A stretch of DNA of 64,000 nucleotides from Candidatus Sysuiplasmataceae archaeon (GCA_046706185.1 JBJKPR010000002.1:31433-95432), one strand, 5' to 3'; positions 19,087-29,443 are shown, numbered from the stretch's first letter. A program made the numbers and translations. The notes: a model not told the origin generated them from the sequence alone.

Positions 19087-19511
19087 GCGCCCAAATGTAT
19101 CTGGTTACTATTTCTCCTTTGTTCAGGTCGATGCTGATTGAGCAGGTGTCCTGCTTCGCACCCGGTTCGATTGGATGGTCCTTGGCATGTCAGTCTGAGC
19201 TCGGGTGCTTAACGCAGCTGCCCGGCACCCTTCGGCAATGCCAGCCTGCACCGCAACAGTGGCTGACCATGCGATACCGCTCGTCGCTCGCTCACCGCCA
19301 ATGTCAAAGGACCGGCGGGCATTGCCCGCAGGTCCAGTTTGAGTTCCAGGTCGGATAACGAAGGGTCAAAAATGTGAAAGAATCTTCCAGTGAATCACTG
19401 CGGCACACCCAGTGGCGAAGCAAGGGAATTTCGCCGATACTGGCGGAATAAAATCACAAGCTCGCAATTGAACGGGAATTTATATAAGAGAAAGTAAGGA
19501 AATGCACGCTG

Positions 19512-22500
19512 ATGAGTACCGACCGCAGAAGGACGCCTGGTTCCAGTGAAATTGATATCGCTGCGGGCATGGATCGGATAAGGGCAGCGGAGAATACATC
19601 CGCAATTGAGTCCGTGCTGAACGGGTTGAGGGAGACGTTCTCGTGCAGGTCGGCGACCATACACGTCGCTGCCGGTGCGGGTCTCATTAGCCTGCTGTCT
19701 GTTCCCGATGCATCTTCCTCCGGGGAGACCATCCCCTTTGAATCGGAACATCCGGTTGCTGCCTGCGCCAGAGTAAGGGATATTGTGTTCGTGCAGGGCT
19801 CACCTGAAAGCGGACCGTGGAGCGATATGTTCGCGCTGCCGCTTGTCAGTTCCGAAGCAACGATCGGTGTCCTGTCTCTCGAACGGCCATTGAGGGGCAG
19901 AGAGCAACTGGCCAGCCTTTCAAGAATCATTGCAATGGCCCTTACTCCGCTTCTGCGCGACGAAGGCGCACGAGCTGCCAGGAGGTTCAACACGCCCGAC
20001 GTGATCATGAAAACGGTCAGAAACAGTTCGCCGTACGAGTCCACCACGGAGAGGTTGAGAACGCTTACAACGACGCTCATGAACTCGTTTGCGCTCACTT
20101 CTGTAAGGCTGTATTCCGAAAGTGACGGCAGCCCTGAACTTCTCCTGTCTGCAGGCGATGACATTGCGGTTGAGGCGTATGTTGACATTGAGGGGCCTCT
20201 GAAAAAAGGGATCCATGCGGCAAGTTTGAGGCATGATCCTGACAGAAGATGCACCATGTCCAGGAACATTGTTCCGATTGATTCTCCTGACGAAGGAAGA
20301 ATTGTAGTTGTCTATGAGATGGACGCCGCGAGGCGAGATACGGATGGTGTCAGGGAGAATGTGTCTTGTGCCTATCTTGCCCTTCTTGCACTCGCAGGAA
20401 CGGAGAACACAGTATCGCTCAACTGGGTAAGAGCAATAGAAACGATGGAGAAGGTTGCGGACGATGTGTCAAGGAGTGGTGATGATTACCAGGGACTCGT
20501 TCTCGAAAGGTTTCTGGACAGGCTCAGTGAGATGGGTTTCATAGCCGGCTATGATATCCTGCCCGGAAGTGAAATCGCGGGAACCTCCACCCGTGGAGAC
20601 AGTGACGGCAATGGCCATCAGATCAACAGTGAACTTGCCATGCTGATGTCCGAGAGCAGTGAAACAAAGCAGCCATTGTTCGACAAGCATGCGAGCACAG
20701 TAGTCTTTCCGGTCAAGGATGATGCGAATGATACATGGGAAATTGCGCTCAGACTGACCGGAAGGCAGCTCCTGAGATCTGAAAGAAGGTTGTGGGAACG
20801 CCTTGGTTCTGCCTTCGGGCTTCTGGTGAGGGGGTTCATGCTTGAAGCGAAGAGCAGGAGACAGGCAGAAGAGACGAGAAAACTGAGGTCTTCTCTGTCT
20901 GCATTCCAGGGAGCGTCTGCTTCCATGGAGACTGCCGATACAGCTGGAAAAGTGGTAACGAGGCTCGCCGAAAGCCTGTCGACAATCACACTGGGGGAGG
21001 CGTTTGGCCTTGTGAAAGACGGGGATGCGTTCACACCTGTCTTGCCGGCAGACGACACTATCAGAATTGAAAGCGCGGTTGTAGAATCGATGCTCTCTTC
21101 ATCCATTGAGGTTGCAGGACATGTATACGACGTCCATCCTGATGCACTGCGCGGGAGGCTCCCGGAACTTGTAGGCAGTGAGGTATACCATGGTCTTTAT
21201 GCAGTCACCATAAGCTCGAGAGAGGGTGAGGCAAGGGGCCTTGTCCTCTGTCCTGGACAGAAAAGCAGGTTTCTGCCAGTCACGCGGGAGGGTGAGCTTT
21301 CGGGCCTCGCTTCGCTCGCTGACGTCAGGATGAGCTGCATTTCACTTGCCGAAGAGGCTTCACTCGAAAGAAAGAAGCTCAGGAAGTTCGAAGAGCTGAT
21401 ATCGAAGATATCTCTGTCGGAGGCCGACAGCCACATAATGGCCTCAATTGTGGAGGCTGCATCAGTAATCACGAATTCAGAGATGTCTGCGCTTGCGATA
21501 CTGGATGTCGAAAAAGGGAGACTTGTCTCTGCAAATTCAAACGGCTTCGACTTGACGGATGAGGTAAGGAAGAGATGGTCGAGCGGCGGAGTGACTGGAA
21601 GGATCCTGAGAACTCTTGAAGCTGAAATAATCAACGACTACGCCTTCGATCCTGACAGGGATAGCTATTCGATTGACAGTCTCAAAGTCAGGCAGCTTGC
21701 AGGAGTGCCGATAAGAATAGATGTCAAGCACAAGGGCTTCCTTGTTGTCATGAATACTGCAGACGGTATGTACAGCGTGGCGCACCTCCGGACGCTGGAG
21801 TTGCTCTCAAACATAGCGTCTTCGGCCATAAGAGCAGCAAATGCAAGGGATGAGAGGAGAAGGCTGGTGTCGGACTTTGACAAGCTGCAGTCAGCAGAGC
21901 TGAAGCTTTACTCATCCAGGAGTTTCAGCGAATTGATAGAACTCCTTGCGAATGAGGCGAGAGACATATTCCACGCCTCCGCCGTGCTCATCGCAACGGA
22001 TGTAAACAATGTTAAGAGGATCCTGTTCTCCACAACACAGGATGTGGCGGAAGGTGATGTGGTTTACAACAGCGGACCCATTGGCCTGCAGTTTGACGAG
22101 CAGCCACACACTGCAAGGATAGTCGAGAGGGCAACGCTCGAGGAAGAATGGGCAAAGGTGCTCGAGACAAACGAGCTTCTGCTCGTGAGGTCCGGACTCC
22201 CGCACAATTCGATTGTCGTGGCAACGGTAAACGCGGAAGGAAAGGCAAAGTATGCCACAGAGGACATAGACAATTTCAGCAAACTCTCCAAGATAGCATC
22301 AACAGCACTGGAGAAGACGGTTCTGCTCAGTGGTATAAACCAGAAACTCAAACACATCGAGATCATGCACACGATAGTTGATGCGCTAGTTTACGGAAAG
22401 AAGGAGTATGAGATTTACGATAGTGTTCTTCCCACACTCGTTGAGATGTGCAGGGCAGACTTGGGTCTTCTCTGGAAGTATGACAGGGAAGGGGAGAAAC

Positions 22501-22880
22501 TGAAAGTCTCGGCTGAATGGTACAGAAGCAGGGAAACGGAGCACCTGGTCGGCTACGAGGTCGGCGCGAACAAAGGAATTGTAGGAAGCGTTGTGATGAA
22601 CAAGATGCCTGTGCTCATTGCGAACGCAGCAATAGACAACAAGGCGGTTCACATAAGCGGAACCAACGTCGAGAAATTTGAAAGTGTCCTTGGAATGCCG
22701 TTAATAGTCAGCGGGAAACTGCTTGGTGTCCTGACGGTCTACAGGGACCAGCCGCCTCCGTTCACATCATCTGAACTTGACATGCTTTCAGGCGTTTCGA
22801 ATGACATTTCTCTTGTCATGGCGAGGCACAGCCTCGAGGCAGATGGAAAGAAGCACGCCGGCTTGCCCGGCACAGACTGA
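19512..22880 (+). CDS. large multi-GAF-domain protein (1122 aa) with no recognisable output domain
   Basis: Several GAF-like modules. The C-terminal module is a canonical GAF (LGLLWKYDREGEKL...GIVGSVVMNKMPVLI...LGMPLIVSGKLLGVLTVY). No His-kinase, HTH, GGDEF or EAL motifs were seen. Confidence 0.7.
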   Translation: MSTDRRRTPGSSEIDIAAGMDRIRAAENTSAIESVLNGLRETFSCRSATIHVAAGAGLISLLSVPDASSSGETIPFESEHPVAACARVRDIVFVQGSPESGPWSDMFALPLVSSEATIGVLSLERPLRGREQLASLSRIIAMALTPLLRDEGARAARRFNTPDVIMKTVRNSSPYESTTERLRTLTTTLMNSFALTSVRLYSESDGSPELLLSAGDDIAVEAYVDIEGPLKKGIHAASLRHDPDRRCTMSRNIVPIDSPDEGRIVVVYEMDAARRDTDGVRENVSCAYLALLALAGTENTVSLNWVRAIETMEKVADDVSRSGDDYQGLVLERFLDRLSEMGFIAGYDILPGSEIAGTSTRGDSDGNGHQINSELAMLMSESSETKQPLFDKHASTVVFPVKDDANDTWEIALRLTGRQLLRSERRLWERLGSAFGLLVRGFMLEAKSRRQAEETRKLRSSLSAFQGASASMETADTAGKVVTRLAESLSTITLGEAFGLVKDGDAFTPVLPADDTIRIESAVVESMLSSSIEVAGHVYDVHPDALRGRLPELVGSEVYHGLYAVTISSREGEARGLVLCPGQKSRFLPVTREGELSGLASLADVRMSCISLAEEASLERKKLRKFEELISKISLSEADSHIMASIVEAASVITNSEMSALAILDVEKGRLVSANSNGFDLTDEVRKRWSSGGVTGRILRTLEAEIINDYAFDPDRDSYSIDSLKVRQLAGVPIRIDVKHKGFLVVMNTADGMYSVAHLRTLELLSNIASSAIRAANARDERRRLVSDFDKLQSAELKLYSSRSFSELIELLANEARDIFHASAVLIATDVNNVKRILFSTTQDVAEGDVVYNSGPIGLQFDEQPHTARIVERATLEEEWAKVLETNELLLVRSGLPHNSIVVATVNAEGKAKYATEDIDNFSKLSKIASTALEKTVLLSGINQKLKHIEIMHTIVDALVYGKKEYEIYDSVLPTLVEMCRADLGLLWKYDREGEKLKVSAEWYRSRETEHLVGYEVGANKGIVGSVVMNKMPVLIANAAIDNKAVHISGTNVEKFESVLGMPLIVSGKLLGVLTVYRDQPPPFTSSELDMLSGVSNDISLVMARHSLEADGKKHAGLPGTD

Positions 22881-23084
22881 CTCCTCCGCCTGCCTGAAAA
22901 TGCACCGATCCCCCCTTATGCTGGGGAGCCGGGCCTTTCGTGTGTATGTTGCTGTTGGAGCACCGCTGGCAGCGGAGCAAGGCGACACATTCACTGCTTT
23001 GCCCGAATGCGCGGGACATACTGGAGAGCACTGGCATTGCAAAGATAATAAAAGATGCCGTGAATAACCTTAATCGAACTACAG

Positions 23085-24257
23085 ATGTCTAGCGGTGTAT
23101 TCAGGGATATATCAAAGCTTTCGTTCGACTACGTCCCGGAGAAGCTCCTCCACAGGGAGGAGCAGTGGAGAAAGCTTGAAGTGATGTTCGAGCCGGTTGC
23201 CCAGGGCGGGTACAGCCAGAACGTCCTTCTTGTGGGCAGCATTGGCACAGGAAAGACAGTTACTTCAAAGAGGTTCTGCACGGAGCTCTCACTGAACGCA
23301 AGAAAGTCGGGCAGAAGTATCGAATGGACCATAGTGAATTGCAGGCAGAGAAACAGCGAGGCGTCGACGCTCCTGAAGATGATTAACTACTTCGACCCGA
23401 ATTTCCCCGACAGGGGATTTTCAGCGCAGGAGCTAAGGAAGGTTCTCAGGAAACATATAGAAAAAAGGGGAGGTCACTGCATATTCGTCCTGGACGAGGT
23501 TGACGCGCTCTTCAGGAGCGGAGCAAGTGATCTGATATACTTCCTCAGCAGACTTCCAGAGGAATCTGATTCACTGAAGAACAGAGTGTCGCTGATTCTG
23601 ATATCGCAGAGGCACGTGTTCGAAATGCTCGACATGTCTGCCCTTTCCACATTCAAACGAACGAACGTGGTCGAGTTTGGCAAGTACACCAAGGAGCAGC
23701 TTTTCGACATAATATCAGCTAGGGCGGACCTGGCGCTTGTCAGCGGCAGTTATGATGATGAGATACTCGATATGATCGCAGACATTGCCAGCGAGTGGGG
23801 CGATGCAAGGTTTGCAATAGAGATGCTTGAAAAGTCAGGCATGATTGCAAACGAGAGAAGCAGCGACAGGATAAGCACGGAAGAAGTGAGGGCTGCGAAA
23901 GCGGCAACCTACGCGTTCGTGACTGAAGAACGGGTGACGGGGCTGAACAGGGACCAGTTGCTTATACTGCTCGCGACAGCCAGGATGTTGAGGAACAAGG
24001 CGTACACCGAGACGTCTGAAGTGGAGAAGAGCTACAGGATTGCGTGCGAAGAGCACAACACGAAGCCGAGGGCACACACGCAGTTCTATTCCCATGTAAA
24101 GGAGCTCGCCGGGCTGGGCCTGCTCGACATAAGGTCCAAGAAGGGAAGCGTTGCCGGAATGACGAACATGATCACGATGCTTGACGTCCCGGCTGATGTC
24201 ATGGTGCAGCAGATAGAACGCCTTCTGGGAGCCGGAAAGAAGCAGAAAATGCGCTGA
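23085..24257 (+). CDS. orc1: Orc1/Cdc6 replication initiation protein
   Basis: AAA+ Walker A GSIGTGKT, Walker B FVLDEVD, C-terminal winged helix. Confidence 0.9.
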   Translation: MSSGVFRDISKLSFDYVPEKLLHREEQWRKLEVMFEPVAQGGYSQNVLLVGSIGTGKTVTSKRFCTELSLNARKSGRSIEWTIVNCRQRNSEASTLLKMINYFDPNFPDRGFSAQELRKVLRKHIEKRGGHCIFVLDEVDALFRSGASDLIYFLSRLPEESDSLKNRVSLILISQRHVFEMLDMSALSTFKRTNVVEFGKYTKEQLFDIISARADLALVSGSYDDEILDMIADIASEWGDARFAIEMLEKSGMIANERSSDRISTEEVRAAKAATYAFVTEERVTGLNRDQLLILLATARMLRNKAYTETSEVEKSYRIACEEHNTKPRAHTQFYSHVKELAGLGLLDIRSKKGSVAGMTNMITMLDVPADVMVQQIERLLGAGKKQKMR

Positions 24258-24271
24258 AGGAGGATCGCAAA

Positions 24272-25378
24272 ATGCAGAATGCGCTGAAGCAAACACCTGT
24301 TTTTGAAGAGCATGTAAGACTCGGCGGGCACATGGTTGACTTCGCAGGATGGGAGATGCCGCTGCACTACGGGTCCATAATAGAGGAGCATATGGCTGTG
24401 AGGGAAAAGGTCGGGCTGTTCGACGTTTCGCATATGGGTGAGCTCCTTTTTTCTGGCAGGAACGCAGCGGCTGAGCTCGACAGGCTTTCGACAAACGGAA
24501 TTGCCGGCACTGATACAGGAGTGTGCACATACACACACCATCTGAACACCGAGGGAAGGATAATAGACGATACAATAGCCACGAGAATATCTGACGAGGA
24601 GTTCCTTACGGTCCCCAATGCTTCCAAGACGGAGGAGGTGCTCCGTTGGGTCGGAGGCAATGCAGGCTGCGAAGTCAGGGATGTGAGCGAAGAAGTATGT
24701 TGTTTTGCGCTGCAGGGACCGTCGGCAGTACATGTTATGCACAAGATCGCACCTGATGCCACTGAACTGAAGAGCTTCAGGGGAATGTTTGCCGGAAAAG
24801 GGAATGGAAGCTTCATCGAGAGGCTCAAGCAGGGAAACATATACATTTCAAGGACAGGCTACACTGGCGAGGATGGTTTTGAGTTCTTCCTGCACAGGAA
24901 CATCGGACCGCAGACGTGGAGAAGGCTGATGGAAGCCGGGGGAGAATACGGCATCAGGCCGGTAGGGCTCGGGGCAAGGGATTCTCTCAGGCTCGAGAAA
25001 TGCTATCTGCTGTCGGGGACTGACTTCGACGGCAAGCAGTCGACGCTTGAGACAGGTTACGGCTGGATTATCAACTGGGATCACGAGTTCATAGGAAAGG
25101 ACGCAATGCTCAGGCAGAAGAACGACGGGGGCTACGCCAGGCTGGCTAGCTTCATGACGGATGGCAAGGTGATACCAAGGCACGGGGACAAGGTGGAAGG
25201 AGAGGCTGGAGAGGGGTACATAACAAGCGGGGGCTATTCACCCGTGCTGGGAAAGGCAATAGCGATGGGCTACATGAGGCCATGGCCAAAGACAGGAGAC
25301 AGAATTGGAATCGGGGTGCGAGGCAGAAAAGTGGAGGGGACAGTTGTCAAGCCCCCGTTTGTCAGGGCAAGGAAATAG
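24272..25378 (+). CDS. gcvT: glycine cleavage system T protein (aminomethyltransferase)
   Basis: GWEMPLHYGS, LFDVSHMG, GYTGEDGFE motifs. Confidence 0.9.
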   Translation: MQNALKQTPVFEEHVRLGGHMVDFAGWEMPLHYGSIIEEHMAVREKVGLFDVSHMGELLFSGRNAAAELDRLSTNGIAGTDTGVCTYTHHLNTEGRIIDDTIATRISDEEFLTVPNASKTEEVLRWVGGNAGCEVRDVSEEVCCFALQGPSAVHVMHKIAPDATELKSFRGMFAGKGNGSFIERLKQGNIYISRTGYTGEDGFEFFLHRNIGPQTWRRLMEAGGEYGIRPVGLGARDSLRLEKCYLLSGTDFDGKQSTLETGYGWIINWDHEFIGKDAMLRQKNDGGYARLASFMTDGKVIPRHGDKVEGEAGEGYITSGGYSPVLGKAIAMGYMRPWPKTGDRIGIGVRGRKVEGTVVKPPFVRARK

Positions 25379-25381
25379 TGC

Positions 25382-26683
25382 TCAGGGGTATATCCTGGAG
25401 GGCGTCCTTGGAAAAGGAGTGGCGTCACGTATGTGCTCCAGCCTGCACAGCCATCTGAGGACCCTTTCGATTCCAAGTCCAAAGCCCGAATGGGGGACGG
25501 AACCGTATTTTCTCAGGTCTAGGTACCACCTGTATGGCTCGGTGGGAATATTCTGCGCCTCAAGTCTCTGGACAAGCTTGCTGAAGTCCGTTTCCCTTTC
25601 GCTTCCGCCTATTATCTCTCCGAAACCCTCAGGTGCAAGGAGGTCTGCACACTTGTATGTCCTCACATCCTCCTCGTTGTCCTTCATGTAGAATGCCTTA
25701 AGCATCTTCGGGTAGCTCGTGACGAAGAGTGGTTTCTCCAGCCCTTCTGTCAGCAAGCGCTCCTCCTCTGTTCCCAGGTCGTCCCCCCATGCAAGTTCCT
25801 TACCGCTGCCCTGCAGTGCCTCAATTGCCTTTGAGTAGGTCATTCGCTCGAAGGGCGGCTCAATGGCCCTGAGCGTGTCGGGTTTTCTTCCAAGCAGCTC
25901 TATTTCATCCTTCCTTCTTTCTGCGACGGCGGAAGCTATCGCGCTGACGAGCTCCTCCTGTATCTTCATGTTGCCGTCGTTGTCGACCCATGCCTCCTCG
26001 GCCTCCAGATGCCAGTATTCAGTAAGGTGTCTTGGCGTCCTGGATTTTTCTGCCCTGAATGAAGGGGTCACCGCGAATACCTTTTCGAGGGTTGCGGAAA
26101 TTGCTTCCAGATACATCTGGGCACTCTGGCTCAGGTAGGCTTCCTGGCCGAAGTACTTCAGCGAGAAAAGGGTGGTTCCACCCTCGCACGCGTTTGTTGT
26201 GAGTATCGGAGGAGTAACTTCAAAGAATTCATTCTGCCTGAACCATTCCCTCGCCCCCTGCAGGACCGTTTCCTTCACCTTCATCACTGCCGTCTGTTCC
26301 CTCGACCTTATCCAGAGGTGCCTGTTGTCCAGCAGAAATGGTTCGCTCTGATTTGCGGTAATGGGGAATGGTTCGGCGAAGGAGACGACGTGAAAACTTG
26401 TGGCCCTCAGTTCATACCCTCCGGGGGCCCTCTCGTCCTTCTTCAGCCTGCCCCTGCACTCGACGGAGGACTCTATAAGCGCCCTTCCGGCTTCGTCGAA
26501 CTCACTGCCCTGGACTTCCGACTTCTTGACAGTGCACTGCATTATGCCCGTCTGATCCCTGATCACTGCGAAGACTATGGAGCCGCTGCTCCTCGTCCTG
26601 TAGATCCATCCCCTAATCGAATACTCCGAGCCCTCCTGCCCGGAGCTGATTACTTCGGATATGTGCATTGGATCGCGTGCCAA
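25382..26683 (-). CDS. asnS: class IIb aminoacyl-tRNA synthetase, most likely asparaginyl-tRNA synthetase
   Basis: Motif 2 FRAEKSRTPRHLTEYWHLEAE, motif 3 GGSERE, and an N-terminal OB anticodon-binding domain. AsnRS fits the motif details better than AspRS. Confidence 0.65.
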   Translation of the reverse strand: MARDPMHISEVISSGQEGSEYSIRGWIYRTRSSGSIVFAVIRDQTGIMQCTVKKSEVQGSEFDEAGRALIESSVECRGRLKKDERAPGGYELRATSFHVVSFAEPFPITANQSEPFLLDNRHLWIRSREQTAVMKVKETVLQGAREWFRQNEFFEVTPPILTTNACEGGTTLFSLKYFGQEAYLSQSAQMYLEAISATLEKVFAVTPSFRAEKSRTPRHLTEYWHLEAEEAWVDNDGNMKIQEELVSAIASAVAERRKDEIELLGRKPDTLRAIEPPFERMTYSKAIEALQGSGKELAWGDDLGTEEERLLTEGLEKPLFVTSYPKMLKAFYMKDNEEDVRTYKCADLLAPEGFGEIIGGSERETDFSKLVQRLEAQNIPTEPYRWYLDLRKYGSVPHSGFGLGIERVLRWLCRLEHIRDATPFPRTPSRIYP

Positions 26684-26834
26684 GATCCTTCACTTCATGG
26701 TTTAGATGCAGTTCATATAATAAAAGGTGGGGTAAGGCCTTCTGTGAGTGCAGGCAGACTTCACTGACAGATTTTTGCAGTTGCTCCGTTTACATCGAGA
26801 AGCTTTATTAGCAGGATGATTTTAGACGGTCTCA

Positions 26835-27812
26835 ATGCAGGACGCGGGAGCCAGGAAGATGCACATTACGAAGTCCACAGCGGTGATAATAGTCCTGCTG
26901 ATTGTGGGGGCTGCGCTCGTCAGCTATTCTGCCTACGGGTATGTCACAGCCTCAAGGGCAACACCGCCCATGACGGTGCAGTCGGGCGATTCAGTATATG
27001 TCAACTACACCGGCCAGTACACCAACCATCTCATCTTCGATACCTCGGTCCTCTCAGTTGCAATGAACAACGCAACATATCCCAAAGCGCCTAGTTTCAC
27101 ATGGCGCGGTGCATCCGGCTACAAGCCGCTTCAGGTTTCGAGCGTAGGCAGCGGTCAGGTCGTCAGGGGGTTCGACCAGGCGCTTATAGGCATGACGGTC
27201 AACCAGACAAAGACCGTTGTAATACCGCCTGCCGACGGATATGGCCCGCTGAACAGCTCGCTGTTCAGCTATCTTCCCCTATACCAGAACGTGAGCATGC
27301 TTCACACTGTAACAATGGCGACATTCCAGTCGGACTTCGGAGAGGCTCCGTCACTGGGGCTGGTGGTTAGGGATCCATTCTGGGGCTGGAACCTGCAGGT
27401 CCTTGACACCGGGAACGGGACTGCCACTTACCAGTACCAGCCGACAGCGGGAATGGTCGTCTACCCATATACGCTGAATTCGACCACAATCTCGGGCATT
27501 ACAGGCTTTCCAGTCGAAGTCGTGTCAGTGAACAGCGCTGCGAACAACGGCACCGGGTGGATAGAATTGCATAACAATATTTCAGCTTCAATGGTGAAGA
27601 CGGTAGGCGGAAAGGACCCCTCCGGCTCCCACTTCATAATATGGGCAGTGAACCAGAACGGAACCGCCACCCTCAACTTCAATCAGCCAGTTGTCGGACG
27701 TTATCTTATTTTCACCATCACGGTAACATACATAAGCAACCCGGCGACAGGCGCGAAGACGGGAATACCAGGGTATGCTGTTTACGCACTGGAGTCCAGG
27801 ACGGCCCGGTAG
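26835..27812 (+). CDS. membrane-anchored extracellular FKBP-type peptidyl-prolyl isomerase with a sequon-rich C-terminal domain
   Basis: N-terminal TM anchor and FKBP core (GDSVYVNYTGQ...VVRGFDQALIGMTVNQ). About 10 N-x-S/T sequons in the C-terminal 170 aa. An alternative ATG at 26859 has a GGGAG upstream. Confidence 0.65.
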   Translation: MQDAGARKMHITKSTAVIIVLLIVGAALVSYSAYGYVTASRATPPMTVQSGDSVYVNYTGQYTNHLIFDTSVLSVAMNNATYPKAPSFTWRGASGYKPLQVSSVGSGQVVRGFDQALIGMTVNQTKTVVIPPADGYGPLNSSLFSYLPLYQNVSMLHTVTMATFQSDFGEAPSLGLVVRDPFWGWNLQVLDTGNGTATYQYQPTAGMVVYPYTLNSTTISGITGFPVEVVSVNSAANNGTGWIELHNNISASMVKTVGGKDPSGSHFIIWAVNQNGTATLNFNQPVVGRYLIFTITVTYISNPATGAKTGIPGYAVYALESRTAR

Positions 27813-28843
27813 ACAGACTCTATCCTGCCTACCACGCTTTCCCACGAGAATTCAGCTGCCCTCTTTCTTGCAGCCGCACCCCTGCTTGCAACCATACCAT
27901 CGTCTTTCCAGTAGGCACTCATTGCATCTGCAAGCCCACTTGCATCACCCCTCCTGACCACGGTCCCGCCGTCACCGATCACTTCAGGAAGACCGCCGGC
28001 ATCCGTTGATATCACTGGTTTTGAGTGGCTCATCGCCTCGAGGGCCACCAGCCCGAATGCCTCATGGACGGAGGGAACTACCATGAACGTGCATGAAGCG
28101 AGCAGCCTTTCCTTTTCATCCTCATCCACCCGGCCAAGGACCTCGAGCTTTCCTTTCGCTTCCCTCCTTTTCAGCCATTCAATCATCGGCCCGTTGCCCG
28201 CAACCTTCAGCGGGATACCTGCCAGAGCCGATGCTTTCACCAGGGATGCAACCCCCTTTGTAGGAACAAGCCGCCCCAGGAATAGTGCGAACCGTTCATC
28301 GGTGGTCCTGCAGTTATGCATATCGATGCCGTTGTAGCACGTGGACGTCCTGGAAGGACTGATGCCTTTTCTCTCCAGCTGTCCTTTTACGAAGTTCGAA
28401 ACAGCCAGAACATGGTCAATGTTTCTGAGCTTCCTTACATAGAAGGCATCGTTGAGAATACTCAGAAAGTGGAGTGCACCCGTGCCCTCTCCGTAGAGGT
28501 TGTGGAATGTCATGACCCTGGGCTTTCTTGAACCGAAGAAAGCCCTGTTGTAACTGTTCGACCACCTGTAGTGGTAGTCCACCACATCAGGGTCAGCCGA
28601 CTCGATGGCCTCCTCTATCCCGCTGCTGTTGACAAAGGGGGGGTTGTATTTTGAGAAATACCTGCTCGGAAGCCTCACCACCCTCGCTCCGTGAATTGTT
28701 TCCTCCTCCTCAGTTCCAGGCAGCCTGGAAGTGATGACAGTAATGCTGTGCTTCCCGGAAAGTCGAGAGGATACCGCGGCTATTCTCTTCTCAATCCCTC
28801 CGTTGTACGGCAGATAGAACGGGTTCAGTTCAAGAATCTTCAC
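27782..28843 (-). CDS. GT4-family glycosyltransferase
   Basis: C-terminal E-x7-E GT4 motif region (FMVVPSVHEAFGLVALEAMSHSKPVISTDAGG). Start set at GTG 28843, preceded by a strong SD (GGAGGTGA), rather than at the longer ORF. Confidence 0.8.
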   Translation of the reverse strand: MKILELNPFYLPYNGGIEKRIAAVSSRLSGKHSITVITSRLPGTEEEETIHGARVVRLPSRYFSKYNPPFVNSSGIEEAIESADPDVVDYHYRWSNSYNRAFFGSRKPRVMTFHNLYGEGTGALHFLSILNDAFYVRKLRNIDHVLAVSNFVKGQLERKGISPSRTSTCYNGIDMHNCRTTDERFALFLGRLVPTKGVASLVKASALAGIPLKVAGNGPMIEWLKRREAKGKLEVLGRVDEDEKERLLASCTFMVVPSVHEAFGLVALEAMSHSKPVISTDAGGLPEVIGDGGTVVRRGDASGLADAMSAYWKDDGMVASRGAAARKRAAEFSWESVVGRIESVYRAVLDSSA

Positions 28844-29442
28844 CTTCTCACCTCCCCCGGTGGCACTGGCCTCATTCTCCTTTTCCTGTATGCAGACATG
28901 AGGTAGCTTGCACAAATCAGGGCAAGGACAGTGATGATCGTGACTATCTCTGCAAGCATCTCATTTGAAAAAAGCGAGAGAAGATAAGATGCCATGATGA
29001 TAATGAGGCCGTACTTCACCGCGCCACCTGCAAAATTGTAGACAACGCTTCTGCCGTAAGGCCAGTCGCAGGTCGCCATGAAGGCACCGAGAAATGGTAT
29101 GATTGGCGCCACCCTGTTGACAAGTATGACCTTCTCATCCCTTACAATCAGGAACTTGGAGTAGTCTACGATCCTCCTCCGCATCCACTGGGGAAGCGCG
29201 TACCTTCTGACAAGGAGGTAGAGAGTTGTCACACCGCAGAACTCGGCGGCGCTCAGTGTTGCCACCATGAGCACACCGAAGAGGGGGACAGGGTGTGCCA
29301 GGAAGATGATGACAGTGAAAAGCTCAGGAAGCGTGGGAAGAACGGTCGCATCAAAATAGAATATTATGAAGAGTGCTGCCAGAAGACCGAATATGCCAAG
29401 AGGGCCGAAAATGCCGTAAACAAGTGAGCCTATCGAAAGCAT
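28840..29442 (-). CDS. DedA / VTT-domain (SNARE-associated) membrane protein
   Basis: Polytopic membrane protein with DedA-like re-entrant pattern. Sits between two GT4 genes in a tight operon. Confidence 0.5.
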   Translation of the reverse strand: MLSIGSLVYGIFGPLGIFGLLAALFIIFYFDATVLPTLPELFTVIIFLAHPVPLFGVLMVATLSAAEFCGVTTLYLLVRRYALPQWMRRRIVDYSKFLIVRDEKVILVNRVAPIIPFLGAFMATCDWPYGRSVVYNFAGGAVKYGLIIIMASYLLSLFSNEMLAEIVTIITVLALICASYLMSAYRKRRMRPVPPGEVRR

Positions 29443-29443
29443 G

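Noticed and set aside
19087-19511. Assignment as SRP RNA or RNase P RNA
   Set aside because: I could not find the universal helix-8 element (CAGGyCCGGAAGGAAGCAGC) or the P4 strands (GGAAAGUCCGG / ACAGAAnCCGGCUUA) on either strand. It is retained only as an unclassified candidate structured region.
22881-23084. Possible replication origin with ORB repeats next to orc1
   Set aside because: The spacer is only about 200 bp, not AT-rich, and contains no repeated ORB or mini-ORB-like elements (no GTTCCAGTGGAAAC-type repeats). The origin is probably elsewhere.
27782-28915. Full-length ATG-start ORF for the GT4 gene (377 aa)
   Set aside because: The ATG start would overlap the upstream DedA gene by 75 nt and lacks an RBS. 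The GTG at 28843 is preceded by GGAGGTGA and yields the canonical GT4 N-terminus.
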